A DNA stretch of 64,000 bases, taken from an uncultured Candidatus Actinomarina sp. (GTDB taxonomy: Bacteria; Actinomycetota; Acidimicrobiia; Actinomarinales; Actinomarinaceae). The stretch lies in assembly GCA_902619825.1 (NCBI GenBank), contig CACNFT010000001.1:265534-329533 (forward strand), written 5' to 3'. The notes under the pieces were generated by a model, which saw nothing but the letters and a program-made list of their open reading frames with translations, had not been told where the DNA came from and did no database searches. The translations under genes were made by a program, and so were the position numbers. Position 1 is the stretch's first letter. The number at the start of each line of letters is the position of its first letter. Below, piece after piece: positions 10,513 through 19,421 of the stretch.

Positions 10513-10920
10513 TTAATCAACCTTTGGTGCATTTTTAAACTGAACTGGTATTCTTCCAGTTCCATAATCTTTTCTTAAGGGGTGCCCAACCCAATCATCA
10601 GGCATAAGAATTCTTGTTAAGTCTGGGTGGTTTTCAAAATTAATTCCAAACATATCAAACACTTCTCTTTCATAAAAATTTGCACTTGGATATAAACTTG
10701 TAATTGAAGGTATTGACAACTCGTCAGTCAATTTAACCTTGATGCAAACTCTTTTGTTTTTTGAAACAGATAAAAAATTAACAACTAGTTCAAATCTAGG
10801 TTCTTTTTTTCTAAACCAGTCAACAGCTGTTAAATCCACCATCATTTCAAAACCATTATTTTTTAATTCTTCAACTTTTTGAAAATAATCATCTACTTTT
10901 ATGTCTAAATTCTCTACCAT
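10513..10920 (-). CDS. nuoC: NADH-quinone oxidoreductase subunit C (short)
   Basis: DLTAVD, EREVFDMFGI.F..HPDL.RILMP..W.GHPLRKDY. Confidence 0.96.
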   Translation of the reverse strand: MVENLDIKVDDYFQKVEELKNNGFEMMVDLTAVDWFRKKEPRFELVVNFLSVSKNKRVCIKVKLTDELSIPSITSLYPSANFYEREVFDMFGINFENHPDLTRILMPDDWVGHPLRKDYGTGRIPVQFKNAPKVD

Positions 10921-11381
10921 TATCTATTAATTTCTCTATCCATAATTTTCTGATGAAGTGTTAATATTCCATGCATCAATGACTGTGGTCCAGGTGGGCA
11001 TCCTGGAACATAGATATCAACTGGAACTATATGATCAACACCTTGAACTAATGCATAATTGTTAAACATACCCCCAGTAGAAGAACAAGCACCCATTGCA
11101 ATCACCCACTTAGGCTCAGCCATTTGATCATATACCTGTCTAAGAACAGGCGCCATTTTTTGAGATACTCTTCCTGCAACTATCATCAAATCAGCCTGTC
11201 TTGGTGAAGCTCTAAAAACCTCCATTCCATATCTGGCTAGGTCATACTTGGCTGAACCAGCAGCCATCATTTCAATAGCACAGCACGCAAGACCAAAAGT
11301 TACCGGCCACATAGATTGTGTTCTTGACCAACGAACAGCTTTGTCGATAGTTGTTGTAAATATATTGTCAGGTGAGAACAT
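10920..11381 (-). CDS. nuoB: NADH-quinone oxidoreductase subunit B
   Basis: [28 protein letters not shown]. Confidence 0.97.
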   Translation of the reverse strand: MFSPDNIFTTTIDKAVRWSRTQSMWPVTFGLACCAIEMMAAGSAKYDLARYGMEVFRASPRQADLMIVAGRVSQKMAPVLRQVYDQMAEPKWVIAMGACSSTGGMFNNYALVQGVDHIVPVDIYVPGCPPGPQSLMHGILTLHQKIMDREINR

Positions 11382-11791
11382 TATTCATTAACTCCCTCAT
11401 AATTTGTGGCTGGTTCGTGATATCTCTGCCTTCTGGGTACATTCCAGTCAAGAACATTTCTTTTCCAAACATAATATAGAGTCTCAAGTACAAAAAATGT
11501 AAATATGAAAATGACTACTATTCCATACCAACCCAACTTATCAAATCGTGTTGCCCACGCCAGAAGAAATATTATTTCAATATCAAAAACTATATATAAC
11601 ATTGCAACCATATAAAATTTAACTGGAAATCGTTGAGAGGGTTCTTCTTCAGGAAAAATACCTGATTCATAGGGAGTTAATTTTTCAGGTGTTGGATTTT
11701 TTGGTGATAAAAGATAACTTACTCCAAGTGAGGCAATCGCAAACCCAATACCAATAAATAACATAACTAATATTGGTAACCAATCAATCAC
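11381..11791 (-). CDS. nuoA: NADH-quinone oxidoreductase subunit A
   Basis: [22 protein letters not shown] start preceded by SD GGGAGG. Confidence 0.96.
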   Translation of the reverse strand: MIDWLPILVMLFIGIGFAIASLGVSYLLSPKNPTPEKLTPYESGIFPEEEPSQRFPVKFYMVAMLYIVFDIEIIFLLAWATRFDKLGWYGIVVIFIFTFFVLETLYYVWKRNVLDWNVPRRQRYHEPATNYEGVNE

Positions 11792-11804
11792 ATTCCCTCC
11801 CTAT

Positions 11805-11822
11805 TTGTGAAATATTTCACAA
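11805..11822. promoter_or_regulatory. Rex operator (ROP) upstream of nuoA
   Basis: Perfect 18-bp palindrome TTGTGAAATATTTCACAA matching the Rex consensus TTGTGAA-N4-TTCACAA, 13 bp upstream of the nuoA start; rex lies about 1.4 kb away. Confidence 0.9.
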
Positions 11823-11858
11823 TGTACTCTCCTATTTTAGTACCGATTTTGCTTTTTG

Positions 11859-13148
11859 CTATAAGGAAAAGGTGGGAGATTTAGTAAAAAACCTTAATGT
11901 TTTAAAGGGTAAAATGAATTTAAAAGCTAATGAAAAAGTCTCTTTAACCGTCAATCTTGCTTCATCAAATAACAGCTCAACAACAAAATTTATGGTGTTT
12001 TTATCTACCGATGCAATTTTTAGTAATCTTTTTGTCATGAAAGGACTTTGTAAAACTAGTCGAGCAATTGAACAGCTAAGAAAATGCATACCAAATCTTT
12101 TGTTTAAAGCTTTCTCATATTTTTTTAAGTTAATATTTAACTTATTTTCTTTGTTTTCATTCAATGAAACCGATGTTTCTTTTGCAAGTAAATATCCTGC
12201 TTCCATGCCGTAAAAAATACCTTCTCCACTCATGGGGTTGATCATTGAACCAGCATCTCCGACAAGAGCTACTTTATCATGTGCAAGTTTTGGTCTAGAG
12301 GATGCAAATGGAAGCATATAACTTTTTTCCATCCTTAAGTTATCAACAATTACTCCTTTGGATTCCAATGTTCCTATAAAGCTATCTAGCATTTCATTAA
12401 TATCCATTTTGTCTTTTTTAAATAAATTTAATGGCATACCAATACCAATATTTATTAAATTACCCTTACTAGGGAAAGCCCAAGCATAACCTTTTAATGC
12501 TGAAACATTGATTTCAAACATAAGTGTTCTTTCTTTAAATATTTCTAAATAATTTGGACTGTCAATATAGGCTCTTATAGCAATTGCTTTGTGTATGTCA
12601 CTATTTTGTTTTAAATCTAAACTTTTTCTAACTCTTGAATTTGCACCATCTGCACCTACCAACAATTTTGTGAATAAAAACTTTTTTTCTTTATCAATAT
12701 TTTCGATTTCTACTTTTAAAATGTCTTCATTTTCAGTTTGTTCATAATTTAAATACCTAACACCTTCATATGAATGTACATCGAGATTTTTTGCAATTTC
12801 AAAAATTCTATTATCGAGTTCATATCTTGGGATAACATAAACAACAGAATCATCTTTGTTTTTAACTTTTGGAATATAATTTTGGATTCCTATATTATCG
12901 GGACCATATAAAGATGTTGAAATAACCTCAGGTTCACCGTCAAGTATATGTTCATTGTTAAATCTTTTTAAAGCATTAATTACCCCAGGACCAATTGCAT
13001 CACCACAAGACTTATCTCTTGGAAAAATAGCTTTGTCAATAATTCCAACCTTTAAATCAGGATTTAAATTTTTGTAAGAAATTGCAGTATTAGATCCAGA
13101 GGGACCTGCCCCTACAATTAAAACATCGAATATTTCATTATTTTTCAT
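11859..13148 (-). CDS. Geranylgeranyl reductase-family FAD oxidoreductase (MenJ-like menaquinone side-chain reductase)
   Basis: DVLIVGAGPSG, FPRDKSCGD, GADGANSRV, GYAWAFP, VGDAG...NPMSGEGI; this family sits upstream of nuoA in many actinobacteria. Confidence 0.85.
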   Translation of the reverse strand: MKNNEIFDVLIVGAGPSGSNTAISYKNLNPDLKVGIIDKAIFPRDKSCGDAIGPGVINALKRFNNEHILDGEPEVISTSLYGPDNIGIQNYIPKVKNKDDSVVYVIPRYELDNRIFEIAKNLDVHSYEGVRYLNYEQTENEDILKVEIENIDKEKKFLFTKLLVGADGANSRVRKSLDLKQNSDIHKAIAIRAYIDSPNYLEIFKERTLMFEINVSALKGYAWAFPSKGNLINIGIGMPLNLFKKDKMDINEMLDSFIGTLESKGVIVDNLRMEKSYMLPFASSRPKLAHDKVALVGDAGSMINPMSGEGIFYGMEAGYLLAKETSVSLNENKENKLNINLKKYEKALNKRFGMHFLSCSIARLVLQSPFMTKRLLKIASVDKNTINFVVELLFDEARLTVKETFSLAFKFILPFKTLRFFTKSPTFSL

Positions 13149-13260
13149 GATTTATGACCTAAAAATACCTTATTTATTAATAAATCATAAATTTAAGTAA
13201 AAATAAAATATTTTTAAAGTAATTTACCTTATTTTTATATTGTTATTAGATTGTGCATTA

Positions 13261-13905
13261 GTGAAAGAAAATAGCAATATACCACCAGCAACAGTAAAGA
13301 GATTACCTCTGTATCTTCAATGCTTAGAACAAATTGATGATCAAAATATTGGAATTTCATCTAAAAAATTAGCAGAAATTGCAAAAGTAAATGATGCTCA
13401 AGTTCGTAGAGACTTATCATATTTAGGCACACTAGGAACTAGAGGCGTAGGATATGATATTTCAACATTGAGAAATCAGATTCAATTAGAACTTGGTCTG
13501 GTCGAAGGATGGAGCGCTGTAATAGTTGGAGTTGGTAACCTTGGATCAGCACTTGCACATTACGGAGGATTTCAAGAACGAGGATTTGGTGTTGTGGGAT
13601 TATTTGATGACGATACAAAAAAAATCAATAAACAAATAGCTGGCCTCGTAGTTAAACCCACATCTGATATTGAAAGTGTTTGTGAAAAGTACAATGTTGC
13701 AATTGGCATTATTGCAACACCTGGAAAAGTTGCTCAAGAAATTGCAGATCAGTTAGTCGACTGTGGAGTAAAGTCAATATTAAATTTCGCTCCAGTATTA
13801 TTAAAGAATATTCCAGATGTTCAAATTAGATCTGTCGACCTCTCACAAGAATTACAAATACTAAGTTACTACTTAGAAAGACCCGTTCTTAAAGCTGTCA
13901 AATAA
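13261..13905 (+). CDS. rex: Redox-sensing transcriptional repressor Rex
   Basis: IPPATVKRLPLY, QVRRDLSYLG..GTRGVGY, VGVGNLGSAL, ILNFAP. GTG 13261 preferred over TTG 13240 as start. Confidence 0.95.
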   Translation: MKENSNIPPATVKRLPLYLQCLEQIDDQNIGISSKKLAEIAKVNDAQVRRDLSYLGTLGTRGVGYDISTLRNQIQLELGLVEGWSAVIVGVGNLGSALAHYGGFQERGFGVVGLFDDDTKKINKQIAGLVVKPTSDIESVCEKYNVAIGIIATPGKVAQEIADQLVDCGVKSILNFAPVLLKNIPDVQIRSVDLSQELQILSYYLERPVLKAVK

Positions 13906-13906
13906 T

Positions 13907-15187
13907 TTATTTCTGATATATATATCCAAGTAAAGATCTAAATAGCAAACTAACATTTAAACCAATCCAAAGTGTTGGTATCGTATTCTGTGTTCTTAGT
14001 AGATAAGTGCAAACTAGAAATCCAGAAACTGAAGAAGCCACAGTAAGAAAAGAAAATTCTTTAGCCCTATCAAGTCCTAGAAGTACTCCATCCCAAAGAA
14101 ATGCGTAACAACCTATAAATAGACTTAGAGCAACGAGAACTGTTAATTGTAAATCGATATATAGATCAAATTTGTCATCCCCAAACATTTCAACAAAATT
14201 ATCTAAAAATAAAACAGTTATTAATGCAAGGATGAAAGATATAGCTGTGGTTACCAACACAAGCTCTTTTTGTAATCCAGATTTTTGATATTTTTCTTTT
14301 TTTGAAACAAGTTCAGAAATTAGTGTTTGAGAAGCAATCGCAATTGCATCAACAAAAATATAGCCTACTGACCATAACTGAAGCAAGATGTGTTGCAAGG
14401 CTATTTCCTGCATAGACATAAGAGAAGCTCTATTTCTTAAATATGCCATGAACAAGGTAAGAAATAATGATCTAATCAAAATATATGTTCCGACGCTAAA
14501 AAATTTTTTTCGTAAACTAGGTTTGTCTATTTGCTCTTCTGTGTAAGGAATATCGCTTAATTGTCTATTTAGAATAATTGTTGAATAAATAGAAGCACAA
14601 AAAAAGGAAAGAGAACTAGCAAACCCGATCCCACCAGCACCAAAACCTAGAAATAGTCCAAAAAATAAGCTAAAAAATATATTTGAGATTGATACTATTA
14701 ATGCGCTATAAAAAGTAATTTTTGCATGCTTTAATCCCCTCAATACAGCAGTGGAGTGCATATTTACCAAATAAAATGGTAGTCCGATACATCTAAAGAC
14801 TAGATAATCAGAAGAAAGTAGCTGTATATTTGGAGTAGGTTGAAAAGTCGAAATTAAATAACCACTGCTTACGTACAAAATTAAAAATGATCCTAAACCT
14901 AGCAATATCGAAACATTTCTTCCAAACTTTATAAAATAATTTAATTTATTGATTTCATTTTTAGTTTTAAGAGAGGAAACTAGTGGTGTTGTTCCATATG
15001 CTAGAAAGATAAAAACCCAAATAAAAACAAAATAAATTGTTTCTCCAATACCAATTGCAGAAAGCGTGTCTAAATTTATAACACTAGCAATCTTTGAATC
15101 AATTAGACCAACTATCGGTTCTAAGGCTAGCCACAAAAAAATAGGATATGAATTAATCCAAATATCTTTTCTAACTGTATTAATCAT
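13907..15187 (-). CDS. MATE-family (DinF-like) efflux transporter
   Basis: About 12 hydrophobic segments; EPIVGLIDS, FLAYGTT, VDAIAIASQ, WDGVLLG resemble DinF/MATE motifs. Confidence 0.8.
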   Translation of the reverse strand: MINTVRKDIWINSYPIFLWLALEPIVGLIDSKIASVINLDTLSAIGIGETIYFVFIWVFIFLAYGTTPLVSSLKTKNEINKLNYFIKFGRNVSILLGLGSFLILYVSSGYLISTFQPTPNIQLLSSDYLVFRCIGLPFYLVNMHSTAVLRGLKHAKITFYSALIVSISNIFFSLFFGLFLGFGAGGIGFASSLSFFCASIYSTIILNRQLSDIPYTEEQIDKPSLRKKFFSVGTYILIRSLFLTLFMAYLRNRASLMSMQEIALQHILLQLWSVGYIFVDAIAIASQTLISELVSKKEKYQKSGLQKELVLVTTAISFILALITVLFLDNFVEMFGDDKFDLYIDLQLTVLVALSLFIGCYAFLWDGVLLGLDRAKEFSFLTVASSVSGFLVCTYLLRTQNTIPTLWIGLNVSLLFRSLLGYIYQK

Positions 15188-15479
15188 TGAAATTATCAGC
15201 TTTTAATAGACCCCAAATCATAATCTGCTCATGAGCTTCAATACCTAAATCTTGAGGTGTAATAACTTTTTCAAATTTGTAAATTGTTTTGGTAAAATTA
15301 TTCAATAATTGAGTTGGAGTTTGTGTTTGCTCAGAATATGGAAGATTGAACTCATTAATTAATATATTTTCTAACTCTTGAAAATCTACATCATTAATTT
15401 TGATGTTCTCATTTTTTAAATATTGTTTTAAACCTGTACAGAGAGATTTTGCAAAAGAGGTTATTTCTAAATTTGTCAT
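15180..15479 (-). CDS. Hypothetical protein (99 aa, soluble)
   Basis: Fills the gap with overlaps to both neighbours in the same operon; no recognised motif. Confidence 0.7.
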   Translation of the reverse strand: MTNLEITSFAKSLCTGLKQYLKNENIKINDVDFQELENILINEFNLPYSEQTQTPTQLLNNFTKTIYKFEKVITPQDLGIEAHEQIMIWGLLKADNFND

Positions 15480-16489
15480 GCAAATATTTGAACAATAATT
15501 AAACCATTCGGACCAGACACTATTCCAATACCAATTCGTTTAAATTCGTTATCTGTTATTGTCGCTCTATGTGATTCAGAATTCATTAGGCTTTGATGAC
15601 CAGAATAAATTGTTGATGCCATTGCTAAATTTTCACCAATAAATTTTGGAGGTGGATAACCAACTTCTAAAAGTCTTTCAGTAACTAAATATCCATTGTT
15701 TGGATCTTTGTGACACCAAAAACCCTCTGTGTACATTTTTTTCGCATAGTTTTCTGCAATATTCGATAATGTTTGAGAGAACTCTAAAGGATCAGAATTA
15801 ACATTTATTCTTTCGACATTAACCATTTCAAACAACTCATTAGTTTCACTTGTTTTGGAAATTAATTTTGATTGAGTAAAAGAAGGGATTTCAAGACATC
15901 CTGATTCATCTAACGAAATAGAGGTGCTGCCTGTGAGTTCCTTTATTCTTGATGTAACTTTTAATAAATCTGTTCCAGTAATGACTTCGAGTGTTTGTTG
16001 GGGTACTCCTTCAGAATTAAGATAAAACGATACAATATTTGACTGATCAATGTTTTCTTGTACATATTTTGGTAAGGAAAGAAGAGATAAAATTGTAAAC
16101 ATAAATGTAAGAACTAAATTGCTCAAAACAATAGAGGTAATGCTACCCAATAACTTATTTCCTATATCTTTTTTAGATCCTTCCCTGTAAATTAAATTTT
16201 GAAAAATCGAACTCAATGTCAAGATTGTAATGAATATTGCGACACCTGCAAAAATTTGTGAAGTTTGCTGGTTGGAATTTAGCCAGCCACTTATATATTC
16301 ACCAATCGAAAAGGAATAAGTAAAACTTAAATAGATTGATATAAGAAAAGCTATCAAATAATAAATAATTAATACAGAGCCTTTTTTCCATCCGAAATAA
16401 ATAAGATAAACAATAAATATATATATAAATATGTCTAAATAATCTAAACTATTAAGAAAAGTTAACAAATTTTCTAAATTTTCAACCAT
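15476..16489 (-). CDS. CvpA-family membrane domain fused to a CAP/SCP domain
   Basis: N-terminal D..I...GWKKG plus 4 TM (CvpA-like); C-terminal VNVER, M...F..H, GENLA, LMNSESHR, IGIG, VQIF (CAP). Confidence 0.8.
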   Translation of the reverse strand: MVENLENLLTFLNSLDYLDIFIYIFIVYLIYFGWKKGSVLIIYYLIAFLISIYLSFTYSFSIGEYISGWLNSNQQTSQIFAGVAIFITILTLSSIFQNLIYREGSKKDIGNKLLGSITSIVLSNLVLTFMFTILSLLSLPKYVQENIDQSNIVSFYLNSEGVPQQTLEVITGTDLLKVTSRIKELTGSTSISLDESGCLEIPSFTQSKLISKTSETNELFEMVNVERINVNSDPLEFSQTLSNIAENYAKKMYTEGFWCHKDPNNGYLVTERLLEVGYPPPKFIGENLAMASTIYSGHQSLMNSESHRATITDNEFKRIGIGIVSGPNGLIIVQIFA

Positions 16490-16550
16490 TTTTTAAAATT
16501 TTTTGCTTCTGCTATTGAAGAGTACACAAATTACGCTATTGTTGTTATAC

Positions 16551-16577
16551 ATTCCTACAAATATGTAGGAATTTTTT
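16551..16577 (+). promoter_or_regulatory. Inverted repeat upstream of the amino-acid SBP gene
   Basis: ATTCCTACA-AATA-TGTAGGAAT followed by a T-run, about 30 bp before the ATG. Confidence 0.5.
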
Positions 16578-16607
16578 AATTTCAGTGACTGAAAGGAAAT
16601 TATATAT

Positions 16608-17894
16608 ATGAAGAATCGCAAAGCTTTAGCTTTGATTGCGATTTTAGCACTAATTGCAACTGCCTGTGGTGGTAGTGATGGAGGTAGTGATGAAGCGGAG
16701 GTTACAACAACTGAAGCTCCAGCAACTACCGAAGCTCCGACAACTACAGCTGCTCCTGTTGCCTCAGATCCTTTAGTTCTTGGTACTCTTATGCCATTAA
16801 CAGGTGATCTCGGCTTCTTAGGGCCTGGTATTGAATCAGGTGCAATTCTTGCTGTTAAGCAAATCAATGCTGCTGGCGGAATCAATGGACAAGATGTTGT
16901 CTGGGTACAAGGTGACTCAGGAACAGCTCCAGATGTTGCATCCGCTAGTTTAGCTACGCTAATTAGTGAAGGTGTTGCTGGAGTAATGGGTGCCGCTGCT
17001 AGTGGTATCTCTTTAGCTATTATGCAAACTGCTATTGATGCAGGTGTAGTAATGGTTTCTCCTTCAAATACATCACCACAATTTACAAAAGTAAAAAATG
17101 GTGGGTTTTACGCAAGAACAGCTCCTTCTGACCTTTTACAAGGTGCAGTTTTAGCTCAAGTACTTATTGATGACGGAGTGGAAACTCTCTCAATAATTTC
17201 AAGAGCAGACTCATATGGTAGAGGATTGGCAGAAGCTACTGCTGCTGCATTTGAAGATGCTGGCGGAGTTGTTAATACAATCGTTTATCACGACCAAAAT
17301 GCTACAGAATTCTCTTCTGAAGTAACACAGGTTGGTAAGAATAGTTCCGATGCTATAGTTGGAATCTTATTCCCATCAACAGGTTGTGGAGTATTACAAG
17401 CTGCTTTTGAACAAGGAACTATCGAAACTCCATGGTATTTTACTGATGGTGTTCGTGGTGCAAATCTAAGTACAGAATGTGGATTAGGTAATGCACTTGA
17501 TGGTTACAAGGGTACAGCTCCAGGATCAACTGCCGGAGATGCATTAGATGCATTTACAGCTGCTTATCAAGCAGAATTTGGTGAAGATCCAGCTCCATAT
17601 TCAGCTCAAGCTTATGATGCAATTATGATTATGGCATTATCTGCTGCCGCAAATGGAGTAACAGGTGCTGATATAGCATCAGGACTTGTTGAGGCATCTG
17701 GTGTTGGTACGCCGTGTATTGGAGTTGCTTGTCTAGAAGACGCAGCTGCAGGTAAAGATATCGATTACAAAGGTGCATCAGGAGATATAAATCTTGATGA
17801 ACAAGGTGATCCTACAGCTAGCACTTATGATGTATGGCAAATCACTAGTGGTGATGAAGAAGAGGTTATTAAGTCAATAGACTTTGGATCTTAA
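16608..17894 (+). CDS. ABC transporter substrate-binding lipoprotein, branched-chain amino acid (LivJ/K-like) family
   Basis: Lipobox ATAC, LGTLMPLTG, INAAGGING, ARTAPSDLLQG, AYDA; SD GAAAGGA. Confidence 0.92.
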   Translation: MKNRKALALIAILALIATACGGSDGGSDEAEVTTTEAPATTEAPTTTAAPVASDPLVLGTLMPLTGDLGFLGPGIESGAILAVKQINAAGGINGQDVVWVQGDSGTAPDVASASLATLISEGVAGVMGAAASGISLAIMQTAIDAGVVMVSPSNTSPQFTKVKNGGFYARTAPSDLLQGAVLAQVLIDDGVETLSIISRADSYGRGLAEATAAAFEDAGGVVNTIVYHDQNATEFSSEVTQVGKNSSDAIVGILFPSTGCGVLQAAFEQGTIETPWYFTDGVRGANLSTECGLGNALDGYKGTAPGSTAGDALDAFTAAYQAEFGEDPAPYSAQAYDAIMIMALSAAANGVTGADIASGLVEASGVGTPCIGVACLEDAAAGKDIDYKGASGDINLDEQGDPTASTYDVWQITSGDEEEVIKSIDFGS

Positions 17895-17911
17895 TTCAAG
17901 CTATTAAATTT

Positions 17912-17943
17912 AAAAAAGGCTCGATGCAAATCGGGCCTTTTTT
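17912..17943. terminator. Bidirectional intrinsic terminator between the SBP gene and livF
   Basis: AAAAAA-GGCTCGAT-GCAA-ATCGGGCC-TTTTTT between convergent genes. Confidence 0.85.
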
Positions 17944-18658
17944 ATAACTTCCCTAAGTATAATTCAACTACTTTATCATCATTGAGTAAATCTTCACCAG
18001 ACCCTGTGTAGGCATTTCTACCCTGATCAAGGACATAACCTCTATCACAAAACTTCAAAGCTCTTTTTGCATTTTGTTCAACCAGGAGTATTGATACACC
18101 ATTTTGGTTAATTAAATTTATATATTCAAAAACCTCATCTATCGCCTTCGGTGACAAACCTGCTGATGGTTCATCAAGTAAAATTACATTAGGTTTGGAA
18201 ATTAATGCTCTTCCTAATGCTAAAAGCTGTCTTTGACCACCTGACAAGTTGCCTGCTCTTTCTTTTTTTTTATCAAATAAAATATTGAACATATCATAAA
18301 TTTCATTAAAAGAATCTTTGTGCCTCTCTTTTGCTCCCCAGTTTCCCATTTCCAAATTTTCCTCAATTGTTAGGCTCGGAAAAACATTTTGCACTTGTGG
18401 TACATAGCCAATTCCCATTTGTGCTAATTTATAACTTTTTATTTCCTTAAGCTCTGCTCCATTAAAATAAATTTTTCCACCAAAAATAGGTATAAGTCCA
18501 ACGATTGCTTTAAGCAAAGTTGATTTACCTGCTCCATTAGGGCCAATTATTGAAACAATCTCCTTATCTTTTAATACGAGATCAACACCTTGAAGTATGT
18601 TAAGACCCTTGACATATCCTGAAGCTAGGCCGTTTACTTCAATTATTGGGTTATTCAT
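17942..18658 (-). CDS. livF: Branched-chain amino acid ABC transporter ATPase
   Basis: GPNGAGKST, LSGGQRQ, LLDEPSAGL, VEQNA. Confidence 0.9.
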   Translation of the reverse strand: MNNPIIEVNGLASGYVKGLNILQGVDLVLKDKEIVSIIGPNGAGKSTLLKAIVGLIPIFGGKIYFNGAELKEIKSYKLAQMGIGYVPQVQNVFPSLTIEENLEMGNWGAKERHKDSFNEIYDMFNILFDKKKERAGNLSGGQRQLLALGRALISKPNVILLDEPSAGLSPKAIDEVFEYINLINQNGVSILLVEQNAKRALKFCDRGYVLDQGRNAYTGSGEDLLNDDKVVELYLGKL

Positions 18659-19421
18659 CAGAACTTCCTAAATATGCTTCAATAACTTTTTTATCAGATC
18701 TTACAAAATCTGGTTTCCCATCAGAAATTATTTTACCTTCAGCCATAACAACAACTCTGTCTGATATTTTCATCACTGCATTTATATTGTGTTCAACCAT
18801 TAATATGTTTATACCTTTAGCGTTTAAATTAGTAATTATTTCAAGAATATTATCAGCCAATTTTGGATTTACCCCAGCTAATGGTTCATCGAGAAGTAGT
18901 ATTTCTGGATCTTTCATTAGAGACCTTCCTAATTCTAATAATTTTTTTTGACCACCTGAAAGTTCTCTTGCATAAGCATTTCTCATTTCATATAAATTTA
19001 GCATTTTCAAAGTGTCATCAATTTTTTCAATTAAGTTTCCTTCATCTTTTCTTAATGAAGTTTTATTAAACAAAGAATTCAAAAAACCCTCATTTTTTAT
19101 TGAACTTCCAGCAAATTGCATATTTTCATAAACTGTCATGCGATCAAAAACTCTTGTTAATTGGAATGTTCTAACCATTCCTAGTCTGGCAAGCATATAA
19201 GAGTTTGTTTTTGAAACATTTTTGTTTTTAAAAAATATAGACCCTGAGTCAGCATCTTGAAATCTTGTAATTAAATCAAAAAAGGTTGTTTTTCCTGCTC
19301 CATTTGGTCCAATCAAACTAGTTATCTCGTTTGAATTTATTTGAAAATTTTCAACATTTACAGCTTCTAGACCACCAAAGCTTTTAGTAAGGGAGTTTAC
19401 AGATAATATATTATTTGACAT
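18651..19421 (-). CDS. livG: Branched-chain amino acid ABC transporter ATPase
   Basis: KSFGGL.AV, GPNGAGKTT, VRTFQ, LLDEPLAGVNP, VIEAYLG. Confidence 0.9.
   Translation of the reverse strand: MSNNILSVNSLTKSFGGLEAVNVENFQINSNEITSLIGPNGAGKTTFFDLITRFQDADSGSIFFKNKNVSKTNSYMLARLGMVRTFQLTRVFDRMTVYENMQFAGSSIKNEGFLNSLFNKTSLRKDEGNLIEKIDDTLKMLNLYEMRNAYARELSGGQKKLLELGRSLMKDPEILLLDEPLAGVNPKLADNILEIITNLNAKGINILMVEHNINAVMKISDRVVVMAEGKIISDGKPDFVRSDKKVIEAYLGSSDE

Noticed and set aside
11773..12213. 146-aa ORF on the plus strand spanning the Rex box
   Set aside because: Antisense to the geranylgeranyl reductase gene; no motif; shadow ORF.
13148..13195. Palindromes ATTTATTAATAAAT and ATTTATGA...TCATAAAT in the reductase/rex spacer
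   Set aside because: Almost pure A/T in a very AT-rich spacer, so expected by chance.
13251..13268. TTGTGCATTAGTGAAAGA as a Rex autoregulatory site
   Set aside because: Only the left half matches; the right half is poor.
16493..16885. 130-aa antisense ORF, and similar ones at 32179-32562, 43007-43342, 51428-51874, 55916-56449 and 58514-58843
   Set aside because: Mirror-frame ORFs opposite well-supported genes with biased codon usage.
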